A stretch of DNA of 64,000 nucleotides from contig JASVEC010000001.1 of assembly GCA_030770535.1 (NCBI GenBank), positions 558,001-622,000 of the forward strand, read 5' to 3'. A program made the position numbers and the translations under genes. Positions 12,803 through 25,982 of this stretch are shown here, one piece after another. This stretch comes from Batkoa obscura (taxonomy: Eukaryota). The number at the start of each line of letters is the position of its first letter. The stretch's first letter is position 1. Under the pieces are notes generated by a model. The model was not told the origin of the DNA, made no database searches, and saw nothing but the letters and a program-made list of their open reading frames with translations.

Positions 12803-14045
12803 TTATAAAGTGCTTATAAAGCGTTGAAGTAAAACATCTTCATTTTCTGTCGCATTCTCCGGAACATCGCCAATTTCAATAGCATTACTATTATTTGTAG
12901 AGGCATCATTAACAAGTTCAAAAGTTCCGTCATTATCTAAATATATAATTAATAAATCTAGAGTCCTACAATCGACTTACTATTATTTTCTACTCTAATC
13001 TCTCTTCCACATGAATAATAAAACGACAGTCTTAAATAAGCTTTCCTAACAGCAGAATGAACGGTTGGATCAGAGCAAAAGGCAATAAAATTTAATGTCC
13101 CAACAAGAGGGAACGTAAGCATAGTCCAAGAGTCTAAAAATGTATTGGGAGTGTTACTAAAAGCATCATGAGTTTGAGACAAAATTCCTGCAGTGTTACC
13201 AATTATCATTACTAAAGGATACAGTAAACTAAATTCCAATTAGATTGTTATATATATATGTTATTTATTACATTCTATAGGCTAAAAGCTTAACACTTTT
13301 CAATGCTTTCATTGAGGTCTTTGTGCCTCGTAGATATTTATTTTCCACTAGAATAGACTCTTTTTTCAAGGACATTATTACAGCAATTACTACAACTATG
13401 AGGTATACAATTGCTAATAATCTCCAAAGTTGAGCACCAAAAAAATCAAACATCTTCATGTTTTGTTCGTTTCCTTCAACTATTGCAATATAGCAACCAC
13501 CATACCGACTCCATCCAAACATTCCTAAAGCTAAATTTATAATTTAGTAACTTTGTTGAAACCAAAGTCAAACTTACCAAGCGGAGGAATCGTGATTAAA
13601 AGGGAGAGGAGTACAGGAACTACCCAATATGCAATTTCAATATTCCTTGTAATTTGTTTGTTGTGGATGAAGACAAGCTGGAGATTTACAGCAATTGATA
13701 CGTTGATAAAAGCATAGAATAATGTAAATGCTATGACACTCCAACCGAAAAAAGTACAAAGAGGTCCTGCTTCCTTTGAATAAGGTATACGCCATAACGA
13801 TGCAGTGTGTAACCAGATATCATAAACTGCTAATGCAGTTTGTAATCTTAAAGACACTCGATCTACTAGCTTACGATCATATATAGCTAATAAAAAATTG
13901 AGTATAAATACTATAAAAAAAGCACTAGATACATACACATTCCGATCATAAATAAGATCACAACTAGTGCCAGGAGTGCAGAAATATAACCGACAATTGG
14001 GATATATTTACTGATTAAAAAGAATTGAAAAGGGCTAGGATCCAT
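12803..14045 (-). CDS. 7TM GPCR-like receptor, paralog 3 (apparent chimera: paralog-2 promoter and 5' end, paralog-4 3' half)
   Basis: 5 exons in frame; MDPSPF...NFIAFCSDP...QRFISTL*. Confidence 0.8.
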
Positions 14046-15711
14046 CGTTTTAATTTTAATAACATGTTCTATTTTCTCTATTTATACATTTTTAAATCTG
14101 GGTTATTTGATTGATGTATAATTATATAATATGATATAAATGGAACATAATATAGCTTTTGATATTAAAGTTTATAATTTTGTTTTTGGGATCTTTGTTT
14201 AATTAAAACTCCCAACTATATTCTTGTGGAACTTTTACCATTTATATTGCTAAGGTTGCAAACAAATCGTTTTTTTACTTAATACCAAATATATCTTCTA
14301 GAATATAAATGGGGATGTTTTTTACTTTCATTTATTTTATATTTTTAAGCTCTGCGAGTGGAAATTTTTTGATAGAATTTTAAACAAAAAAATATGCTCA
14401 AAATAACACGAGCGGGTTAGAAAACCTAGTTGAAATTGTAATTATCCAATTTGATTTAGGTTCGGGTTTGCAAGGTTGGGGGCATTGATTTTAAAATTTG
14501 GCAAAAGTGGCTTTTTATTATACTAGGTAGGTTTTTATGAGGTAGTTTTTAAAGTATCTAAAGTACTTTAGTGAAAAACCTGGTAAGAGCAATGAATTGC
14601 AACTAGAAAAAACATTATTTGTAAAATAATACTTAATTTAAAGGAATTTTTTAAAAAATAAAATTGTTAACATAGTAGCAAATTACCTATTTTTTAAAGT
14701 CAAAAACCTTATTTTGAAATAATCTTATGTATGCAATGAAGTTTTTGGGCAAAAAATAATAACCACGTTATTAGCTGCGCCAGCTATTATTTTTGTTCAA
14801 AGCCTGTAAAATTCGATACTTAGTAGGTGGGGTTAAGCAGTTCTAGCTTAATCAACTAGCTTTAAGTTAAAAAGTCTTAGTTTATATAATTAAAATAAAC
14901 TTAAATTATAAAAAATAGTATATAATAAGTTATAGACTATGTAAAACAAGTAGAATAAAAAACACAATTATGAAGTTTATATAAAATATCATAAAAAAAT
15001 TTAATAGCTTTATTAAAAAAAATAATTTAAAAAAACAAGTTATAATAAAAAGTTTTTTTATACTCTGCATTAAATAATTATATATAAAAACCACAATAAC
15101 AGTTATAATATTTTATAAGCTATGATTTATTATTTGATAAAAAAAATTCTATAATTCTATAAAATTGCTTTTATAAAAATGTATAAAACAGCTTTGCTAT
15201 ATGGGGATGTATTTTTTTGTTTAGGAATTTTACTAACAATCTTTCTGCTCAAATAGCGCTTGAAAGATGTAAAAAGTGATGATACCAAAAAAACATCCCC
15301 GTATAAAAACTTATTTAGTATTTACTTTTTATAAAATTTGTATTAATTTTTTACTTCCTGAAAATAACTTTTAATTATTAAAACTAAAAAACTTCTAATA
15401 ACTGTTAATATATATATATAAACGTGCATTTTTGTGTTTAAAAATTTTATTAAGAATTTTTGCTTAAATAGCACTTAAAAGATAAAAAAAAAGATAAAGC
15501 CAAACAAACATCGCTATGTTTTTTATTTTTTATTTTTTTAAAGCTTTTTTCAGCTTTTTTTTACTATTTGTTATATTAAAAATAACTTTTAATTATAATA
15601 CTCAACAGTCAAATTATTAGTTTAATTTTAATTTTAATTTTAATTTTAATTTTTAAAATAAATTTATAAAAATAAATAGAAAATAACTATAATTAAACCA
15701 AATATAAAAAA

Positions 15712-16172
15712 TGTGAAAGTTGGTACTCAGTGGTAGGAGTTAAAAGCAGTTCTTGGTTGATTAACTTGCCTTGAGTCGAACGGTCTTAGTTTATGTAACT
15801 AAGATACACTTAAATTAGTATGAATAGTACGCAATAAGCTACGAACTATGTAAAACAAATAGAATAGAGGATACTACTGTAAAATCTACGCAAGACGTTG
15901 TCAAAAAGACTTAATGGCTTTATTGATAGTATGATATCAGGGAGTAATTCAATTAAAAAGCTTCAAGTTATCATGTTGAAGAATCTCTTTTATACTCCAA
16001 CAAGTATGGATATCAAAATGAGAGGATATTATTCTTTGCAATATAAAGTTAGAAATTCTTGCAGCAAATCAAAATAAGTGGCTCTGAATTGACTGTACTT
16101 GAACTTGAAACACAGCAACTTAAGTGATTGTTGTTATAATCAATCCGAGAGCTAATAAAGCAATATTTCACA
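15712..16172 (-). mobile_element. LTR-like element, copy inside the 5002-bp duplication
   Basis: Matches 10710-11170 at +5002. Confidence 0.7.
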
Positions 16173-17804
16173 ATAATTAATATTTAGCATCTGGGGATGT
16201 ATGTTTGTGTTTAAGAATTTTACTAACAACCTTTCCACTCAAATAGCGCTTGAAAGATAAAAAAAAGTGATGAAGCCAGAAAAAAACATCCTTATCTGTT
16301 AAAATAAAAAATTATTAAAAAACAATTTTATATAAATAAAATAAGCTATTTAAAGTCTAGTTTTATTTATAAAAAATTAAGAAAATAAAGAAAAAGTTTT
16401 ACAAATCTGGCAATATAATAATTTATTTAGAATAAAAATAGAAGTAAAGCAGTCGAGGTTTGCTATAAATCTTATATATGGATTTTTTTATTTAAAAACG
16501 TAAATAAAAGTATCATATTCTAAACTATTTAAAAAACAAATAAAATCTTAAAGTAAAAAAAGATTTTTCTATAATAAGTTGCATTTTAAGTTCTGTTTTT
16601 ACTTTTAATTTCTTTTATAACAAATTTATAAATCAAGACATTGTGTATGGGGGTGTTTTTTTTGGCTTCATTACTTTTTCCATTTTTTAAGTGCTATTTC
16701 AGCGGAAAGATTGTTAGTAAAATTCTTAAACAAAAAAATACATCCCCATATAGCTTATAAATCTGCTATAAAAGAGACTAACAATAAATTAAAAAAAACA
16801 AAAGCACTTAAATGCAACCAGTTTTATAAAAATTTGGAATAATTTAAAGAATATGTGTACCTTATAAAGCAATATAAAGTATAAGACAAAAACTTTAAAA
16901 TTATAACATTACAGACAAACCAAACTTAATAATAAATTTTAAAACTAATAAATCCGATACATAGATATATTTTTGTCGATAATTTAATTATTTTTCAGGT
17001 CCTTAAATTTGGAGAGCAAAAAAGTGGCTAAGAGAAAAAGATATACCACATGGGTTGTAATCTATGAACTTCGGTATATTTTCAAAAAAACCATTTCCTT
17101 TATTGTAACCTTATTCAAAAGGTGGTAAAATTTCTAAAAAAGAATTATAATATTCCCCTTTAATTCTCAAAGCTGTCATATTATTACCACATGGGATAGT
17201 TTATTCTTATTGCTTAAATATTTTTTATCTAAATTTATTTGACAAATCATGTTTTATTTGTTCTAGCAGGTGATTCGAAAATAATTTTTTTAAGGGATAC
17301 ATATTTAACAAAAAATGCTCAGATATAATAAAATATTCCAATAATTAGATAAATTGGCCATACTATACTATAGCTAATGCTTTTTTGATTTTGTTGTTTA
17401 TTTTTTTACATCTTATTCTCAACCAAACATATAATTTAAATGTATATTTTAATGTTCTAACTTTATAAATCTCATAGCTAAACCTCAGTCCTTGGAAATT
17501 TCTAAAAAATATATAGCACCTAAGTTAGTCTATGTACAAAGTTCATTTTTTTACAGTCTTACTATAAGGGTTTTATTAGCTAAGGATGAACAGGACAAAA
17601 ATATACAATTCTTCCTAGTTTGGAATTGGCTATATAAATTATAAATATTTGGATTGGTGGAATCTATTTTTAACTTAAGGGTTTCTTAAATTTACCTATT
17701 CACAGTATAAATGCAAAATCTAACGTTACTAAAATATGACTATTTCAAAAATTCAATAAAAATGTATGTTAATGAGCTTAAACTCAAATTTTATTAATTA
17801 CTCT

Positions 17805-19047
17805 TTATAAAGTGCTTATAAAGCGTTGAAGTAAAACATCTTCATTTTCTGTCGCATTCTCCGGAACATCGCCAATTTCAATAGCATTACTATTATTTGT
17901 AGAGGCATCATTAACAAGTTCAAAAGTTCCGTCATTATCTAAATATATAATTAATAAATCTAGAGTCCTACAATCGACTTACTATTATTTTCTACTCTAA
18001 TCTCTCTTCCACATGAATAATAAAACGACAGTCTTAAATAAGCTTTCCTAACAGCAGAATGAACGGTTGGATCAGAGCAAAAGGCAATAAAATTTAATGT
18101 CCCAACAAGAGGGAACGTAAGCATAGTCCAAGAGTCTAAAAATGTATTGGGAGTGTTACTAAAAGCATCATGAGTTTGAGACAAAATTCCTGCAGTGTTA
18201 CCAATTATCATTACTAAAGGATACAGTAAACTAAATTCCAATTAGATTGTTATATATATATGTTATTTATTACATTCTATAGGCTAAAAGCTTAACACTT
18301 TTCAATGCTTTCATTGAGGTCTTTGTGCCTCGTAGATATTTATTTTCCACTAGAATAGACTCTTTTTTCAAGGACATTATTACAGCAATTACTACAACTA
18401 TGAGGTATACAATTGCTAATAATCTCCAAAGTTGAGCACCAAAAAAATCAAACATCTTCATGTTTTGTTCGTTTCCTTCAACTATTGCAATATAGCAACC
18501 ACCATACCGACTCCATCCAAACATTCCTAAAGCTAAATTTATAATTTAGTAACTTTGTTGAAACCAAAGTCAAACTTACCAAGCGGAGGAATCGTGATTA
18601 AAAGGGAGAGGAGTACAGGAACTACCCAATATGCAATTTCAATATTCCTTGTAATTTGTTTGTTGTGGATGAAGACAAGCTGGAGATTTACAGCAATTGA
18701 TACGTTGATAAAAGCATAGAATAATGTAAATGCTATGACACTCCAACCGAAAAAAGTACAAAGAGGTCCTGCTTCCTTTGAATAAGGTATACGCCATAAC
18801 GATGCAGTGTGTAACCAGATATCATAAACTGCTAATGCAGTTTGTAATCTTAAAGACACTCGATCTACTAGCTTACGATCATATATAGCTGATAAAAAAT
18901 TGAGTATAAATACTATAAAAAAAGCACTAGATACATACACATTCCGATCATAAATAAGATCACAACTAGTGCCAGGAGTGCAGAAATATAACCGACAATT
19001 GGGATATATTTACTGATTAAAAAGAATTGAAAAGGGCTAAGATCCAT
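17805..19047 (-). CDS. 7TM GPCR-like receptor, paralog 4
   Basis: MDLSPF...; same as paralog 3 except P3L and a CAG versus TAG intron-1 acceptor; unique upstream sequence beyond 19054. Confidence 0.85.
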
Positions 19048-19813
19048 CGTTTTATCTTGATTTTATATCTTAATATTTCAATATCTGGTACGAGTATTTA
19101 TAAATAAATATTAATTAATTATACAGAAATATTGGGATTTGGGTGACAGTGAATTTAATTTTTTTAAGAGTATTTATACTTTTGGCTTGTCTAAACTTAA
19201 TCAAATTTATTAGAGAGTTTTGTTTATTTTTAATTTTTTGAAAAGTTGTTCTCAATAAATTTATCTTAAACTTTAAACGCTACATGCGAACTACAACCTT
19301 TAGGTTATTAAGAAATAGGAGCAACAAATGATAAATTACACTTAGAAGTACTAATTAGTTCATCCTAAATGAATATCAAGTTGAAAGGCTTTATAATTAC
19401 GGCTCAATATATTTCTATCCATATTTAATCCACCGAGAATAGCCCATAAATATGCAACCAATATACTAATATGGTTGTGACATGAAATATGTTAAAAACT
19501 AGGATATTATATAGCGTAATGTTACTGGCTTGAATTCCATTTCAAGGTCAGTCAACGATATTAATATTATAGCCTATTTTTGGTAACGCCTTATTAAATG
19601 ATTTAATATTACATTATTTTTCATATTGATTAAATATTAGTATTAATGATACCACATAGTTATAAATTCCGTTGATTAACATACCTGGATCTATATTATC
19701 AAGAATAGAAGTTCATATTTTATTCTGTAGCATTATTTAAAATGCAACTATTAAAATTAATTTTTGTAAAAAGTAGCTCAAACCAAAAAAAACTGATTTT
19801 ATTTTTTAGATAT

Positions 19814-19920
19814 ATATGGGGATGTTTTTTTTGGTTTCATTACTTTTTTTATTTTTTAAGCGCTATTTGAGTGGAAAGATTGTTAGTAAAATTCTTAAAC
19901 AAAAAAATACATCCCCATAT
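19814..19920 (+). mobile_element. MITE family reference copy (107 bp including flanking AT)
   Basis: Perfect ATATGGGGATGT / ACATCCCCATAT terminal inverted repeat, in a TA context. Confidence 0.9.
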
Positions 19921-20238
19921 AGGTTTTTAAATTTATTTTTTATTTTTTTTAAACTTTTTTTATATATATTTATTAAAAAACTTCAGTAAGTTGTTTGTAA
20001 AAAAGTAGCTTTTGTTTTAGATATAATTAGATATTAACAAATGATTAAAAAATAAATATAAACTCACATTTATTTATTAATGTATTATACAAAATTTAAA
20101 CATTTTTGGACAAACTATGATAAATTTACTTCAGAAAATAAAATCTTAGGAAATAAACTAGTTTTTAAACCATTACAAGTAAAATATAATTATAAATAGA
20201 AGATGCTTCTAATGATGTTACCAATTTAGCATGACATC

Positions 20239-20253
20239 AAAAGTATAAATACT
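20239..20253 (+). promoter_or_regulatory. 15-bp motif AAAAGTATAAATACT shared by three GPCR promoters
   Basis: Exact copies at 6379-6393 (-), 19169-19183 (-) and 20239-20253 (+), about 90-120 bp upstream of the ATGs of paralogs 1, 4 and 5, in the gene sense. Confidence 0.55.
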
Positions 20254-20341
20254 TGAGTGGTTACTTACTTTAGTGGGCTTTTTCATTTAGATGGTTTGAT
20301 AGCTCTATAGATCTTAAGAGAATAACACAACATCAAAGAAA

Positions 20342-21561
20342 ATGGCGTTTAATGACTTTTTAAGAGAGAAATATGTTCCAAATATATCTTATGCTTCCGC
20401 ATTTCTGGCATTACTTATAATTTTGTTTATGATTGGAATGTGTATGTTCTTTGTCACGTTGTTTTTTATATTAATATTGAATTTTTTTTAGCTATTTATG
20501 ATCGTAAATTAGTGGATCGAGTATCTTTAAGATTACAAACCGCATTAGCAGTTTATGACCTTTGGCTGCACTCTGGGCCTTTATGGCGAACTTCACTAAC
20601 AAAAAGCGCAGGCCCAGTATGTACATTTCTTGCGTGGTCTTTTTTAGCTTTTCGGCTGTTTTATTTGTTTATAAACGTTTCAATTGGAATTAACCTTCAG
20701 TTAGTATTTATTCATAATATGGTAGTTACTAAGAAGATTGAAGCGGCATATTGGATAGTTCCTATATTTGTTATTATTGTAATTACGATTCCACCACTTG
20801 GTAGTTTTTGTGTTATTATATCAATATCATTAATTTCCAAGATCAGCTTTAGGTATATTGGGTTGGAGTAAATACAATGGTTGTTACATTTCTGAAGCTT
20901 ATATAGACAACTTCCAAGGCATAATATTTGATATATTAGCAAATCAAATGTGGAGAGTATTTACTCTTATATACCTCATAGTTACTATTGTAATTGTATT
21001 CATAAAACTAAACCGAAAAGCTGTTCTAGTTGGTTCTCAAAAATTAAAATCAAGTTCAGAGTCTACACTTAAAACCATTAAAACCATAAAAATATTAGGA
21101 TATAGAATGTATTTTTATATTTATTATATTTCAAATCACCAATCTTTTAGATTATTGTATCCTATAGCTATGCTAATTACCAATTTTGCAGGGATTGTAT
21201 CTCAGTTTTATTACGATTTTAGTAGTGAGCCAAGTGTTTTTTTGGATAATTGGACTTCTATCACTTACCCACTAATGGGGGCCTTAAATTTTATTGCTTT
21301 TTGTTGCGATCCTACAGTTCATGATGCAATCAAGGTCGTTCTTTATAAAATCAAGGTTAAGAAAAATTGTAAGAAAAAAGATAATGGTATACCTATTTAT
21401 TTATTCATCTATTTATTTAAGCTTGTATATTTTTAGACAATCAACCAGGTATGGAATTAGATGCAATTAATTCAGCTTTAGAAGAAAGTGTAAATGCCAG
21501 AAATCCCAATGATGGTAATGTTGATGATGAGACGTTTAATAATCCAATGGAATCCTTATAA
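20342..21561 (+). CDS. 7TM GPCR-like receptor, paralog 5 (5 exons), head-to-head with paralog 4
   Basis: MAFNDFLREKYVP...DRVSLRLQ...NFIAFCCDP...PMESL*; same intron positions. Confidence 0.85.
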
Positions 21562-23338
21562 CTGTATTTTATATATATTAAAGATGACTTAATTGAATTT
21601 TGTGTTTTACAACAGCAAATAAAATAAAAGCATATTTAAAGTTTATAGAACTAATACAAGGACTATGAATGATGGTTTTAGAAATTACAAAATTATTGAG
21701 ACTTTTTTAACTTCTTGTCATATCTAAATTATGTTTTATATCATGTAAAAAATTTACACAAATTAAATATGAAAATCATATATCAATAATACTAAACTAC
21801 TTGAAATTAGTGTTTACATTTTAAATAAATACTGCTATCTCACATTGTTTGAGTTAAATATGATAGATATAAACGTATTATTTAAGTTATTATAAAAATA
21901 GTAATAAAGCAATAGGTATAGATAGCGAAATATTGAAATGGAACAATTAAATCATATTTTTTGAAATATAATATTATTTAATTGATTCAAGATGATAGTG
22001 ATCTAGGTAAAGGTATGGCGAATCTTAATATATATGTAAAAGAGCTGTTTTTATGAGACGATATTAAACCTTCTTTTGAAGTACTTGTTCTTTAAAGTTA
22101 AAAAAAAGTACTGAATATTTATTCTTTAAAGCTAGGTAAAAGGTTCGAGTATTTAATGAGTTTCAAAATACTAATTTCTATATTTTTGGAATCCTAATAC
22201 TCTTTTAAATTATTTTCAATAATTCATAAACATAATTTACACTTTAAACATTAGAATCTAAAGGATGAAATTGGTAAATTTTCTATTAACATGTTCCTGA
22301 TACCATCCAAAGTATATCAACAAGCTAACATATCAGGTGCTCATGTACATCAACTCTCAGTCTTTTGAAATTATATAACCGCACAGTCGCATTTCAATGT
22401 TGCTCAAATTAAGTAATTTGTATTACCAAAATTATTATTATAGTTATCCGAAGAATTCTAATTTTGGATCCTCAATGTTTTTGTTTAAATTTCGCTATTA
22501 AACATTTTAAATTATAATTAGGGAATTAAACTTGTTTTTAAATAGGAACATTTAAGTAACTTTTCTAAATCTGATTTTCCATGTTTCAAAAACGAATTTA
22601 TACAAATATATTAAATATTAAATTAAACTCGTTTTATTCTTAAGTCACATATTTTTATGAGTTAGTAGCATTTATAGAAATTTAAAGAATTTTTCGAATT
22701 GCGGATGGATCTTTATATAAATAATATAAACACAATTTTATCACCACACATTATAAAAAATGTTATATTCTCAATACGAAATTCCATCCACTTTTTGATG
22801 TTAATTTTAATACAGTCATCCATGTATGTTAGCTTTAAACATTATTGTAGAAATGTAGAATTATTAAAATGAATTACAGTAGGTTCAAATTTCTGATGTT
22901 CCATTTGATTTTAAGTAATTTTAATAGTTGAAATCGGCTAAAATTTAGAATAAAAATTTCTATTTTACCATTTATAAAATCACAATCAATAAACTATTAC
23001 ACCTTTTTTCAAAAGCTATTGGCAATTTTCAAAAGGTTTTGGCAAACTCTATCTTGTTTAGCAAGTTGTGAAAAAAAAAAAAGCAATTTTATTAAAAAGA
23101 ATTAACACTTTTTTTAAACATTTTTAAAAGCATATCTAACTATAAAATTAATAAGCAGTAAAAAGTTAAAATAAATAAAAACTTGATTTTTTTTAAATTT
23201 AATTATCATTTTAATTTGCATTGCTGAAATAGCATTTTTAAAAAAATATTAAGTTAACTTTTTTATTTTAACTGAGCATACTTTAAATAGTTTAACTAAA
23301 AAATAAAATATTTAAAAAATCAATTTTATAGTAAAATT

Positions 23339-23443
23339 TGAGGATGTTTTCTTTAGTTTCATTACTTTTTCCATGTTTTAATTTAAGCGCTATTTGAGCG
23401 GAAAAATTGTTAGTAAAATTCTTACACAAAAATACATCCCCAT
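23339..23443 (+). mobile_element. MITE family copy
   Basis: TGAGGATGT...ACATCCCCAT with the shared core. Confidence 0.8.
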
Positions 23444-24297
23444 TTAGTATTTAAAACTTAGTTGCTTTATACTAGTTATAAAAAGCTGGAGATTAAAAAA
23501 AAAAGTTTATAATAACTTACTAAAAAAGCGTATAAAATATATAAAATATTATTTAATAAAATATAAAGCTATAACAACAATAATAATAAAATAAATAAAT
23601 AAAATAAATATTTATATCAAAATATTATTTAATTTAGGTAAAAGAAATAAAAACTATTTTATATTGAAAAACCAAAAATACAAATAAAGTTTAAAGTTTA
23701 GTTGTATGATAAAATATCGTATTTTCTAAATAAAAATAATTATTGTTTATAGCATTATAGTTTTAAATAACTGATAATTAACAGGTTTTAGTTTATATAA
23801 CTAAAATAAACTATAATAAACTATAATTCATAAGTATAAAGTGTTTATTAACATGTTATATAAAATATACAAACATAAAATACTTATCAATAAACTATAT
23901 AAAGCAATAAAAATAAAAATAATAAAAAAACAAATTAAATAAAAAGTATAAGTTTTAATAAAAGTAAAATATAATAATTATTTAAATAGCTAAAATATAA
24001 ATTATAAAATTAACTTTTATACTTTGCATTATTTTATCAATTTGTTAAAAATTTGAATTGATTAAAATTTTTTTTATTTAAATTAATTTTTTTAGTTTTA
24101 AAATATTTTATATTATTTTATTTTTATTATAAAAAGAAATTAACTATATTAATTTTAACTTTTTATTTTTTAATTATAAATAATTTATAAAGATTATTTC
24201 ACTTTTGTATTAATTAATATTTATAAATAACATTAAACTATAAAATATTAAACTAATTTAGACATAAAAATAAAAAAATAAAATTTTATTATACATC

Positions 24298-24403
24298 ATA
24301 TGGAGATGTGTTTTTGTGTTTAAGAATTTTACTAACGATTTTTCCGCTCAAATAGTGCTTAAAAGATAGAAAAAGTGATAAAGCCAAAAAAAAACACCCT
24401 CAA
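24298..24403 (-). mobile_element. MITE family copy
   Basis: ATATGGAGATGT...ACACCCTCA, reverse-complement core. Confidence 0.8.
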
Positions 24404-25905
24404 ATGTTAGTTATTTTGTTATTAGTTTATAATTATCATTTAGAAAATTAAAAACTAATGCTATAATAAATAAATATTCAGCTATTTTAACTTAATTAAT
24501 ATAAAAGTGTTTTTTTTATTTTTTAAGCATTGTGAAGTAAAATAAAATTTAAGAATTTTTTTGATTAGGATTTTTTTTTAATCGTGCTTAATTCTACAAA
24601 AATTGGTTTTATAGTTCCAGTTGATTACATTTACTGCTTGTGCTGCAAAAAAAAGTCAAATTACTTTGAAAAAATCCTAATAGGTTTAAATTTGCAAAAT
24701 TTATATAAAGCCCTATTAATCAGTATTTTGTTTATTTTTGAGGTATTGTAAAATTTAAAAAATAATTAAAATTAGACTGAACAAAAACACCTATAAATAA
24801 TTTTAAAATTAAACGGGAAATTATCTCTAAGACATTCAAGCTTTATTTTCAATTTTCGAAATCAAATCTGGAAAAAAATTGAATCTTGAATCAGCTTGCA
24901 GTTAGACGTCATTTAATAATTTTAATTTGTAGCTAAAGCTTTTTAATGAAAGTATGAATTATTGAAACCTGCAACTCTTAAATTCATACTAGAAAAAATA
25001 AACTACAAATTTAAAGCAATATAAAACAACTAATTGCAAGCTACTCTAAGCTTGGCCTAACCCATTTAATTGAAATGTAAAATTATTTTATTTAAATTAT
25101 TGTAGTAAGCAAACCCCTATATTTGATTTGATATGATTAAAAACCGATCATTTATCAAATAAATAAATAAGAATAACGAAATTTTGTCGTATTTATTTAA
25201 GCATGGATTCACCTCCTCTCTTTTTCTAGATGACTAAATAATTTTTAAAAAAAAGTTTAAGTTTAATAAAATTAAAGGTGTTGAAACTTCAAGTGTTTTA
25301 TAATGTTAAGGACATAAACGGTGAGAAATATAAGCTTTATACTTTATTATTATTTTACCATTTTTTAATCATTTATTGTTTCACTCAGAATATAGTTTAT
25401 AAAAGTATATATTTAATTTTTTGATAATATAGAAATCGAAAAACAAGTGGTATAAAATTACAAAATTAATTAATATCCAAAAAATCAAAGAAAACAATGT
25501 AGCTAATTCATTTTTATCAACCACTTGATCTTTATACCATTATATTATTTACATTATTGTTCTATTATAAATAATTTAATAAAATTAGTGATATAAGATA
25601 CCGATAGTAGAAAGAAGAGAATAAGCCAAAAAAATTTAATAACTATAGCATGAATTAATAAAAAGGTGCGCACTAAATTTAGTAATCAATAAAAAATTTA
25701 ATTTAAATTTAAATTCATTGAGCCAATAAACTGAGTTGTAAATAATTACAAATTTACATTGTAAATAATACCTAACCTCATGAGTTAATATTTATGTATT
25801 AGCGAAGGTAAATTCACCACAATTGTAAAATTAATAGCGATATAAAGCCTCACTTTGTATGTTTATAAATTGATTTCTTTTCATAAAATTATCTTCTAGT
25901 TTTTT

Positions 25906-25944
25906 TATCTTTTCTTTTCTTTTCTTTTCTTTTCTTTTCTTTTC
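25906..25944. repeat. (TTTTC)n microsatellite
   Basis: About seven TTTTC units just upstream of the 25983 ORF. Confidence 0.8.
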
Positions 25945-25982
25945 TATATTGTTTTTAACTAACCACAACAAATAGTTTATAA

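Larger units (their letters stand above)
8390..19054. repeat. Direct tandem duplication, period 5002 bp (~2.1 units)
   Basis: Sequence at x matches x+5002 from 8390 to 14052; only two mismatches noticed by eye (13889/18891 and 14038/19040). Confidence 0.95.
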
